Positions 34,801-46,800 of a stretch of 64,000 nt of DNA are shown in pieces. Position 1 is the stretch's first letter, and each line of letters begins with the position of its first letter. The notes beneath the pieces are model-generated. The model searched no databases. It saw only the letters and a list, made by a program, of their open reading frames with translations, and had not been told where the DNA came from. This DNA is from Mobula hypostoma (Eukaryota): the NCBI RefSeq assembly GCF_963921235.1, contig NC_086108.1, positions 29,576,001 to 29,640,000 on the forward strand, given 5' to 3'. The position numbers were made by a program, and so were the translations under genes.

Positions 34801-37800
34801 TCCCTGTGGTGTAGAGCGAGTGGGGGGGGGAGGTAACTACACATCCCTGTGGTGTAGAGCGACTAGAGCAGGGGTAAGTACACATCCCTGTGGTGTAAAG
34901 TGAGGGGGGGGGGTAAGTACACATCCCTGTGGTGTAGAGCGAGTAGAGCAGGGGGTAAGTACACATCCCTGTGGTGTAAAGCGAGTTGGGGGGGGGTAAG
35001 TACACATCCCTGTGGTGTAGAGCGAGTTGGGGGGGGGTAAGTACACATCCCTGTGGTGTAGAGTGAGTAGAGCAGGGGGTAAGTACACATCCCTGTGGTG
35101 TAGAGCGAGTGGGGGGGGGGTAAGTACACATCCCTGTGGTGTAGAGCGAGTGGGGGGGGGGTAAGTACACATCCCTGTGGTGTAGAGCGAGTTGGGGGGG
35201 GGTAAGTACACATCCCTGTGGTGTAAAGCGAGTTGGGGGGGGGGTAAGTACACATCCCTGTGGTGTAGAGCGAGTTGGGGGGGGGTAAGTACACATCCCT
35301 GTGGTGTAAAGCGAGTTGGGGGGGGGTAAGTACACATCCCTGTGGTGTAGAGCGAGTAGAGCAGGGGGTAAGTACACATCCCTGTGGTGTAGAGCGAGTG
35401 GGGGGGGGGTAAGTACACATCCCTGTGGTGTAGAGCGAGTAGAGCAGGGGGTAAGTACACATCCCTGTGGTGTAGAGCGAGTGGGGGGGGGGTAAGTACA
35501 CATCCCTGTGGTGTAGAGCGAGTGGGGGGGGGGTAAGTACACATCCCTGTGGTGTAGAGCGAGTAGAGCAGGGGTAAGTACACATCCCTGTGGTGTAGAG
35601 CGAGTGGGGGGGGGTAAGTACACATCCCTGTGGTGTAAAGCGAGTTGGGGGGGGGGTAAGTACACATCCCTGTGGTGTAAAGCGAGTTGGGGGGGGGGGT
35701 AAGTACACATCCCTGTGGTGTAGAGCGAGTGGGGGGGGGTAAGTACACATCCCTGTGGTGTAAAGCGAGTTGGGGGGGGGTAAGTACACATCCCTGTGGT
35801 GTAAAGCGAGTTGGGGGGGGGGGTAAGTACACATCCCTGTGGTGTAGAGCGAGTTGGGGGGGGGTAAGTACACATCCCTGTGGTGTAAAGCGAGTTGGGG
35901 GGGGGTAAGTACACATCCCTGTGGTGTAGAGCGAGTAGAGCAGGGGGTAAGTACACATCCCTGTGGTGTAGAGCGAGTGGGGGGGGGTAAGTACACATCC
36001 CTGTGGTGTAGAGCGAGTAGAGCAGGGGGTAAGTACACATCCCTGTGGTGTAGAGCGAGTGGGGGGGGGTAAGTACACATCCCTGTGGTGTAGAGCGAGT
36101 GGGGGGGGGTAAGTACACATCCCTGTGGTGTAAAGCGAGTAGAGCAGGGGGTAATTACACATCCCTGTGGTGTAGAGCGAGTGGGGGGGGGTAAGTACAC
36201 ATCCCTGTGGTGTAGAGCGAGTGGGGGGGGGTAAGTACACATACCTCTGGTGTAAATCTAGTAGGGGGGGGGGGTAAGTACACATCCCTGTGGTGTAAAG
36301 CGAGTAGAGCAGGGGTAAGTACACATCCCTGTGGTGTAAAGCGAGTTGGGGGGGGGGTAAGTACACATCCCTGTGGTGTAAAGCGAGTAGAGCAGGGGGT
36401 AATTACACATCCCTGTGGTGTAAAGCGAGTTGGGGGGGGGGTAAGTACACATCCCTGTGGTGTAGAGCGAGTTGGGGGGGGTAAGTACACATCCCTGTGG
36501 TGTAAAGCGAGTTGGGGGGGGGGGTAAGTACACATCCCTGTGGTGTAGAGCGAGTTGGGGGGGGGTAAGTACACATCCCTGTGGTGTAGAGCGAGTAGAG
36601 CAGGGGGTAATTACACATCCCTGTGGTGTAGAGCGAGTGGGGGGGGGGTAATTACACATCCCTGTGGTGTAGAGCGAGTGGGGGGGGGGTAATTACACAT
36701 CCCTGTGGTGTAAAGCGAGTTGGGGGGGGGGTAAGTACACATCCCTGTGGTGTAAAGCGAGTTGGGGGGGGGGGTAAGTACACATCCCTGTGGTGTAGAG
36801 CGAGTGGGGGGGGGGTAAGTACACATCCCTGTGGTGTAGAGCGAGTAGAGCAGGGGGTAAGTACACATCCCTGTGGTGTAGAGCGAGTGGGGGGGGGGTA
36901 AGTACACATCCCTGTGGTGTAAAGCGAGTTGGGGGGGGGTAAGTACACATCCCTGTGGTGTAAAGCGAGTTGGGGGGGGGTAAGTAAAAATCCCTGTGGT
37001 GTAGAGCGAGTGGGGGGGGGTAAGTGCACATCCCTGTGGTGTAGAGCGAGTGGGGGGGGGGTAAGTACACATCCCTGTGGTGTAAAGCGAGTAGAGCAGG
37101 GGGTAAGTACACATCCCTGTGGTGTAGAGCGAGTGGGGGGGGGTAAGTACACATCCCTGTGGTGTAGAGCGAGTGGGGGGGGGTAAGTACACATCCCTGT
37201 GGTGTAGAGCGAGTGGGGGGGGGGTAAGTACACATCCCTGTGGTGTAGAGCGAGTGGGGGGGGGGGTAAGTACACATCCCTGTGGTGTAGAGCGAGTAGA
37301 GCAGGGGGTAAGTGCAACTTTCCTGACTTGTTTTGACTGGATGATGGTATGGTATTAATGCTGAGCTTAACACCATGAGACATAGCATCAGAATTAGGCC
37401 ATTCGACCCTCCATTTGTTATCCCTCTCAACTCCATTTTCCTGCCTTCTTCCTTTAACCTTTGACATCCTTACTCATTAAAGAACTTATCAACCTCATAT
37501 TTAAATATACCAATGTCTTGGCCTCCACAGCTATCTGTGGCAATGAATTGCAGTTTCATCATCCCCTGGCTTAAGAAATTCATCATCTGTTCTAACGGGA
37601 TGTCCTACTCTGAGGCTGTGCCCTCTGGTCTTTTACTTTGCCACGAAAGGAAACATCCCCTCCACATTCACTCAATCTGAGCCTTTCAATATTCGATAGC
37701 TTTCAATGAGATCCTCCTTTATTCTTCAAAACTCAGTGAGTACAGGTGCAGAACCACCAAAAGCTCTTCACTCATTTACCCTGTCATTAGCAATTTATTC

Positions 37801-40800
37801 TTGTGAATCTGCTCTGGATCCTCTCCAAAGCAGCGCATCCTTTCTCGGATAAGGTGCCCAAAACTGCTCACCATACTTCAAGTGCTGTCTGAGTGATGTC
37901 TTATAGAGCCTCTGCGTTACATCCCCACTTTTATATTCTAGTCTTTTTGAAATGCATGCTAACATTGCACTTACCTTCTTCACCTCCGATTAACCTTTCA
38001 GTTAACCTTCAGGAATTCCTGTACGACGTCTCCCAAGAGTTAGGCTGTGTACATTGGATGCATTGCAAATGTGTACAAATTTTGTTGCAAGAGTTCTAGG
38101 GAATTGTTTTTCCATGGGACTTGGTAAAATTTAAGTGAAGGTCTATTGGGAATTCTCCTTTGGAGCAAACACACTAAAGTCGTGCAAGCTTAATATAAAC
38201 AGTAAATTCTGAGGAACTAAAGACATTAATCCATTGCCAACAGCCGTTTCTCATTAGATCATGAAGCAGTAACTAAGACTGTGGACCTTGGGCACCTGCT
38301 CTCCTTATTAATTCGTAGATCATGATAGGGTACCAAAGAAAATCACTCTCCCTGGGGAATAGTATGTGATATGGAAGTAATCAGAGATCTTAAAACACTT
38401 AACACGGTGCAATTGTTTTGGCCTCCCTTGAATACATTAAAAATTTATCATTGATGGACATTGCTGTTGTATCTATGAGCTGATACTTTTCTGCAATGCC
38501 TTTTTTTGTTCAAATCTTGTATAATCATTTAATTTAATTGGTGAAAGGAAGTCCAGAACCATTTTTTTTCCTGAAAAAGGACACAACCAACAGACGTAAC
38601 ACACGCAAAATGTTGGAGGAACTAAGCAAGCTAGGAGCATCTATGGAAAAGAGTACAGTCGACGTTTCGGGCTGAGACCCTTCAGCAGGACTGGAGAGAA
38701 AAGACGAGGAGTCGGAGTAAAAGGGTAGGGGGAGCAGAGAGAGAAACACAAGGTGATATCACGCTGTTTTTCTCCATCCTCTTTTCTCCATCCCCCATCC
38801 TGTTACTCTGACGCCTCGTCTTTTTCTCTTCAGTCCTGCTGAAGGGTCTCAGCCTGAAGCATCGACTGTACTCCTTTCCATAGATATTGCCTGGCCTGCT
38901 GAGTTCCTCCAGCATTTTGCGTGTGTTACTTGAATTTCCAGCATCTGAAGATTTTCTTTTGTTTGCAACCAACAGAAAATAGATTCAATGAGAAGGAATA
39001 AAAAAGATCATCTCTCCCAAAACAGATCCTAAGGAACAGAAATACCTCTTCAATTGAGATAAATCTTTGATGCAGAATACATCACATAGTCACTTAGCTG
39101 GTATTTCTATTCACAGCTACTCAGTGTATTGAACCGCTTTCATCATAAACTCTCTGCAGCTACTGGTCTTGTCAATCAACCTGACTTCTGCTAGCCTACA
39201 CCCCATTTTGAGTTTGAGGAGTTAGAGGGGATTTGGCTTGTCACCAAGGACACTCACATATTTCTGCAGATACACCATGGAGTGCATTCTAACTGGCTGC
39301 ATCACCATCTGGTTTGGAGAGGCCACTGCACAGGATCAAAATAAGCTGCAGAAAGTTGTGAACTCAGCTCCATCGTGGGCACTAGCCTGCCCAGCATCCA
39401 GGCCGTCCATCATTACGGACCCCCATCACCTAGGTCATGCCTTGTTCTCACTGCTACAATCAGGGAGGAAGTACAGGAGACTGAAGGCACACACTCAACA
39501 ATTCAGGAATAGTCTCTTCCCCTCTGGCACCAGATTTCTGAATAGACATTGAACCAATGAACACTACCTCACTACTTCTTTCCCCTCTTTTTTCACTATT
39601 TATTTAATTTAACTTTTATATATATATTTACTATAATTTACAGGTTTTATTATTACGTACTGCGATGTACTGCTGTCACATAACAACAAATCTCACGATG
39701 TTAGAGACATTATACCTGACTCTCATTAAAGCCAATATTGTCACTCACCCTGCGTTGTTCTCTATGGTATGGCTTTCCACCAGTGCCTCAAATCCAATGA
39801 GTACAGATCTGGATATTGATAGCAGGCATCTACTTTATCCATTCAATGTTAGATTTGGCTGGACCACATAAAAATATTACACTCTGTTCTCCTTTCTCAA
39901 AACTGCTCTCCTTTCCAGCACCATCCTGGAGTGATGATCTTGGCTTCAGTTCTTCAGGACAAACCATCTCCTTGAAGCCTTCTCCACTCCGGAACAACAA
40001 ATGAGGAGAGATCATGGCTGCCTCTATCCTCAAGATCCATGTCATTTCAGCCAGCCACCTCTGTTGCTTCCCTTCCTCCCCCTTGCCCACTGGGCTGATG
40101 TCCTGGGAACCCCACTCTCCCATTCTCAACCCCTTCAGTTGCATGTTTCTCTAGTTTCAACCTCATCAGGAATTTTATAATTTGGTCTCCAAACATTTTC
40201 CTTCACTACTCTGTTGGCTGCACAACTTCTCTTCTTGAACTCCAGGTAAACTCAGCAAACTGAGATGATTAAATAGATTTATTCTTCTTTTCAAATCCAC
40301 CATATTCACTCCTCAAAAGAAAAAATGTTTGATTCTTCTACACTTGAAAACAACTGCCCTCCATATCATTCCTTTCCAGTTCCTTGAGTGGCTGTTTTGA
40401 GTGAAATACTGTATTTATCACTTATCCCATGATTAAATCTCTCAATTCAAGTTTCTGCTCCTGCCACAACACTAAGATTGTTTATATGAAATTAGGAACA
40501 TGAGAAATAGTAGCAAATAGATCATTCAGTCAATCATATCTCGAGTGGTTGATATTTTATCTCAATGCCACTTCATATTTTTAATTTACATGCACCAAAT
40601 TGATATTTCTTGAATAACTTAATATTCCAACAATGTGATGACCTGTGTTTTGTATACACTTAACAAATGAGCTTCCGCACACCACTTGAGGGAGAATGCC
40701 AAAGTATGGTGATGGTTTTGGTGAAGAAATCTCTTCTCAGCTCAGACGTAAATGGCCACATTTTTATTTAGAAACCTATGTTCTAAACTCCTCAGCCAGG

Positions 40801-43800
40801 AGAAACATCTACCCTGTAAGGCCCAAGAGAACTGTGTATATTTTAATGATATCACCTTTACCATGATGAAAATTGGCAATAATGTAAAAGGTGGAAAATG
40901 CATTGCTGGCACTTAGTCATAGAAATACAGCTTGAAAGCACATCCAGTCATTATCCACCCATCAACACCAATCCTAGGTTAATCTTCGTGATATATTTCC
41001 CCTACATTATTGTAAAATATCTCCAGATTCTACCACTCAGTTGCACAGTAGCCACTTGTGCTTTAAAGATTTTATTCACAGAGAGCATCACATGAAAGAA
41101 CAAATAAAGATGTGCGTTTGCAGCTTAGTAAATGCCTGTTTGAAAGTCCCTTCAGTAGTGTAACACAGCCACTCGCTGGATCAAAGAACACTCGTGGTTG
41201 GTAGCGGTACAAACTGAAACCTGACAACATTTAGGTATGTGGTACTGTGCTGGCACATAGAAAGGTTCTAAATGACCTATGGTAGATTAACTGGCCCCTA
41301 ATTAATAGAGACCAGGGATAAATCGACAGGAAGGTGGGGAGAGCAAAATAGGACTCATGTAATTGGGTGCTTGATAGTCAGTCTGGATTTAATGGGCCAA
41401 AGTGCTTGTTTCCTTATTGTATGACTTTCATCACATAGTATCAATTAGTAATCAATTTAGCCCAAACGTAATTAAATGCATTTTGGCAAAAAAAATCTGA
41501 TCCCATTGGTATCAATTTAGTATTCCTTAAAAAAAAACCTGTTTATCCATACTAGCAGTAACAATTTCCTTATCTCCTTGCAGGAGGCTCTTTCAGTCTA
41601 TGCTTTCTCACAGAGCAATCTTATTTCCTCCATTAATTTTTCCTGCAGCGTTTTCCACACATTTCCTTCAATTCTTCCTCATAAACTACACACACCTGCA
41701 CACAGAAAGAGCAATTTACAGTGGCAAATTTACTTACCTAAAATGTCCTTTTATGAACTCGCATTTAAATCCTATTTCCAGCATAGCAACCTCAGTCCCA
41801 TCTCCAGCATAGCAACAATTAAGTTAATATGGCAGCGTGGTCATTTATTATACTGTAATGCTTTGCTGCATTTTTCAGCCTCTGACATTAGGTGAAAGAT
41901 ATTTATTGTGCAGCACGCAGCAATCTGCAGATGATAAAATTTGCATTTTCTTCCAGCTTGATGCTGGTAATTCCAAAATATGCTTTTCAAATAATTTAAA
42001 ACCAAGCACCATTCAGCCGTTAGATGATATTGCTGAACTTGATTATGACCCAGAAAAGATACAATATGGAACATGGTCTGTTTGCTTCTTACTATGTCAG
42101 AACCTACGGGATACAATGGTACTGAAGCTGATAACCAAACATGGTAATAAAAATTTCTATCGATATCTCTACAACAGTCATAACATATCAAGAGGAAAAC
42201 CCAGTGGTGAAGAACAAAGTTCCAAAAGTGTACTTCTACTTCCAGTTTTATTTATTGACTAGGCCCTTCCAGCCTTTCAATTTGTGCCGCCTAGCAACCC
42301 CCAGTTGAACCCTAGCCTAATCATGGGACAATTTACAATGTCCAATTAACCTACCAACTGGTATGTCTTTGCGCTGTGGGAGGAAACCCATGCAGTCACA
42401 GGGAGAACAAATTCTTTGCAGACGCCAGTGGGAATCAAACCCAGGTTGCTTCTACTGTAAAGTGTTATGCTAACCACTACACTACCATGCTACTGAGGTC
42501 GATTTTTCCTCAGACCACTGTTTAGCATTTGAAAGTCATTCCAATTTTTTTGTATTAAATATGAATTCCTGACACAGGTATTGGTCTGTCATTGTTCCAT
42601 CATTGAAAAACTTTGCTTGAGAGAATGGATATAGAGAAAGGAAAAATATCTAGAATATGGAAACCTATTGGATCTGGAAATGATATAAGGAATCCAGCCA
42701 TTTAAGCATTACATTAACTAAATACCCTGCTGTATTTTCTTACATTTCTTTGTTATTTTAAAACTTATTTGAACTGGTGATTTGAAACAAAGCATTGAAA
42801 ACTTTCCACATGGGACGTCAATGGAATTAGTTAGCTGAGAATGCTGGAAGTACCCCCTTCACAGTGAAGCACTGTGTGCTACATATAGGATGGTCTGCAT
42901 CCTAGAGTGCTTAAGGAAGTAGCCCAAGAAATAGTGGATGCATTAGTGATAATTTTTCAAAACTCGTTAGATTCTGGACTAGTTCCTGAGGATTGGAGGG
43001 TGGCTAATGTAACCCCACTTTTTAAAAAAGGAGGGAGAGAGAAACCGGGGAATTATAGACCAGTTAGCCTAACGTCGGTGGTGGGGAAACTGCTGGAGTC
43101 AGTTATCAAGGATGTGATAACAGCACATTTGGAAAGCAGTGAAATCATCGGACAAAGTCAGCATGGATTTGTGAAAGGAAAATCATGTCTGACGAATCTC
43201 ATAGAATTTTTTGAGGATGTAACTAGTAGAGTGGATAGGGGAGAACCAGTGGATGTGGTATATTTGGATTTTCAAAAGGCTTTTAACAAGGTCCCACACA
43301 GGAGATTAGTGTGCAAATTTAAAGCACACAGTATTGGGGGTAAGGTATTGGTGTGGGTGGAGAATTGGTTAGCAGACAGGAAGCAAAGAGTGGGAATAAA
43401 TGGGACCTTTTCAGAATGGCAGGCGGTGACTAGTGGGGTACCGCAAGGCTCAGTGCTGGGACCCCAGTTGTTTACAATATATATTAATGACTTGGATGAG
43501 GGAATTAAATGCAGCATCTCCAAGTTTGCGGATGACACGAAGCTGGGTGGCAGTGTTAGCTGTGAGGAGGATGCTAAGAGGATGCAGGGTGACTTGAATA
43601 GGTTGGGTGAGTGGGCAAATTCATGGCAGATGCAATTTAATGTGGATAAATGTGAAGTTATCCACTTTGGTGGCAAAAATAGGAAAACAGATTATTATCT
43701 GAATGGTGGCCGATTAGGAAAAGGGGAGGTGCAACGAGACCTGGGTGTCATTATACACCAGTCATTGAAAGTGGACATGCAGGTACAGCAGGCGGTGAAA

Positions 43801-46800
43801 AAGGTGAATGGTATGCTGGCATTTATAGCGAGAGGATTCGAGTACAGGAGCGGGGAGGTACTACTGCAGTTGTATAAGGCCTTGGTGAGACCACACCTGG
43901 AGTATTGTGTGCAGTTTTGGTCCCCTAATCTGAGGAAAGACATCTTTGCCATAGAGGGAGTACAAAGAAGGTTCACCAGATTGATTCCTGGGATGGCAGG
44001 ACTTCCATATGAAGAAAGATGGATGAACTGGGCTTGTACTCATTGGAATTTAGAAGATTGAGGGGGGATCTGATTGAAACGTATAGGATCCTAAAGAGAT
44101 TGGACAGGCTAGATGCAGGGGGATTGTTCCCGATGTTGGGGAAGTCCAGAACGAGGGGCCACAGTTTGAGGATAGAGGGGAAGCCTTTTAGGACCGAGAT
44201 TAGGAAAAACTTCTTCACACAGAGAGTGGTGAATCTGTGGAATTCTCTGCCACAGGAAACAGTTGAGGCCAGTTCATTGGCTATACTTAAGAGGGAGTTA
44301 GATATGGCCCTTGTGGCTACGGGGGTCAGGGGGTATAGAGGGAAGGCTGGGGCGGGGTTCTGAGTTGGATGATCAGCCATGATCATAATAAATGGCGGTG
44401 CAGGCTCCGAATGGCCTACTCCTGCACCTATTTTCTATGTTTTCTATATTGGAAGGAATGTCCAAAACCTTTCCCTATGAAATGGATCTTCCCAGAAGAA
44501 TATTGTAATTTACTGTCTTTCTTTCCCTGGGAAGACTCCCACTAAGAACTCTTGTAGTCCATAGTTTTAAATAATCATGCCTGCAAAGACATAGAGATAT
44601 AAATAGCCGTTTGAAACATTATTCTCAGCATGGTCAATTAAATCAGAAATCTTTCATCTGCTTTAAAATCAGAAAAATGGTATTTACCGGCAGTGAAAGC
44701 AGTTACTAAAAGAACATAAGTTGAATCATGAGTTAAACCATATAATGTCACCAGAAATATGAAATATATCTGTAATTGGAAAATCTAACACATTATTTCC
44801 AACTGGAAGACATCAGAGACTTTTAATCTTTTCTATGCAGCATTGCAGTCACTACAACTTTCTCATTATTGTTGGGGCTGGTTTCTGATTTGAATACACT
44901 TAAGTGAAGTTGGGTAAAATGAAAGGGGTTACATATTGTTTGTTTAAAGCTATTTCAATGAATCTTGGCATATCATTCCTAAAGACAAAACATGGTGGGG
45001 GAGAAAATGCCGTTTGCGGTGGCTTACAAGACAAAGGAACAGAATTAGAATATTTGGCCCATCGAGTCTGCTCCAACATTTCATCATGGCTGATCCATTT
45101 CCTTCTCAACCTCATTCTCCTGCTTTTCTCCTGTAATGTTTCCTGCTCCGACTAATCAACCTATCTACCTCTGTCTTAAATACACCCAATGACCTGTCCT
45201 CCACAGCCACCCGTGGCAATGAATTACACACGTTCACCACCCTAAAGCTAAAGAAATTCCTTCTCATCTCTGTTCTAATGGGCATTATCCTATTGGTTGC
45301 TCAGTGTACACCTTACCTGAAATTTAATTCAATTGCAGTCAATTTAATTGAACATTATGACATATGATACTCCCAGTTCAGATCCAGCAACCTGAAAGCA
45401 CGAGTTATTATGCATTTTATCTGTTTATCCATCCTGATGCGTATTTCGTAGCAGTGGTTATTTTTGCAAGAATTGTATTTTGATAGTCCACCCTGGTGTG
45501 GGAATCAATCTTGCTTCACTAGTGCTATGGATTTGCCTGTCCTGACCAGACTGACAGGAAGAGAATGGAAAATTGCCTGATGTGTTATGCAGGAGTTAAT
45601 GCGTCCTTTGCAAGGCTGATCCTTTTGACTAGTTAAGGAAATATTATAGATACGAGGACTTTGGGATGTGTAGGAAATATGACAGATTAAGCCAAAGTAG
45701 CTCTTCACACTTTACAATTATCCAGGAAGACATCTTAAACAGGAATCTGGCATGGAGAAATATATTTTTTTATATCAACACACTAACAGGATCAACACCA
45801 TTTTCATTAAATGGCACTGCTGATCTGTGTAAGATCTGCTCACAAAACACGGGGCTGTCCCAGGAGCAGGTCTTGAACAACTGGCTGATATCCAGTTGTG
45901 CAACAGCTGTGATACACTGAAAGAAGGACCCTAATTGTCTGTCCCCTTGGGGCATGTAGGCAGCATTTGCAGCATTTAAGAGCCACCTTGTTATTTGTGA
46001 TGGCCTTTCAATACTTACTAACGACCTCACACTCAGCAGTGAGCACTCCAAATTCTTTCCCATCCATGTGACAGTTTCTGTGGATGGGAAGACAACCGTG
46101 CTGAATCTAAATGGGTGGTAACACATGGAGGTTTACGACTACAACACGTAGAGACGTTTGGATAGGTACATGGAGGGGAGAGTCTGAGAGGATTATGGGC
46201 TGCACATGGCAACCGGGTCTAGGAGGGAGGATGCTGTGGTTGGCATGGTGAGTGAGCTAAGGGGCCTGTTTCCGTGCTGTAGCACTCTATGACTCTGGGT
46301 TTAATCACAGACAGTTTCTGTACTGACCAGATCTGAAAGCAGGAAAATTTTCTCATGCAAAAATCTGGGCCCTGTAATATAACAGAATGAGTCTTGTGGC
46401 AGGACTGTTTGGGGAGGCATCCACAGCGGTATTCTGGTACAGTGTGGATACACGGCTGTCGTCACTCCCGGGGGGTGGGGCAACAGTTCTGTCTCTCTTC
46501 AGTTGCTACCTTTCCTGAGGCCTGACACGTCCAGGAATAAATCTGCTACATAGGTTAAAATGGCAACCTTCCTTTTAAGTGGCTTCTGCCCATACTCCAC
46601 CTAGATTACACCTGAAAGTAGATGAACTGATGCCATGCTTTAACCTCCGAACTGATCCTATCCCACCTGTTAAGGGGGTTAATGTCTCCTTAATGCCGTT
46701 GGTTCAGTTCCAGGTGGGAATTAGTAGACCAAATAGTTTTAACTCTCTACCTTCACTCTGACAATTGTTAAGCACTTTTGTACAGAATATTCAAAACATT

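Noticed and set aside
33272..37313. CRISPR-like appearance (constant repeat plus variable segment)
   Set aside because: The variable parts are short, drawn from a few recurring variants and are not unique spacers. There are no cas genes and the context is a vertebrate intron.
33147..37467. Long Pro/His/Thr-rich ORFs (up to 512 aa) on the minus strand
   Set aside because: All three frames give the same cycling peptides because the repeat unit has few stops; this is a minisatellite artefact.
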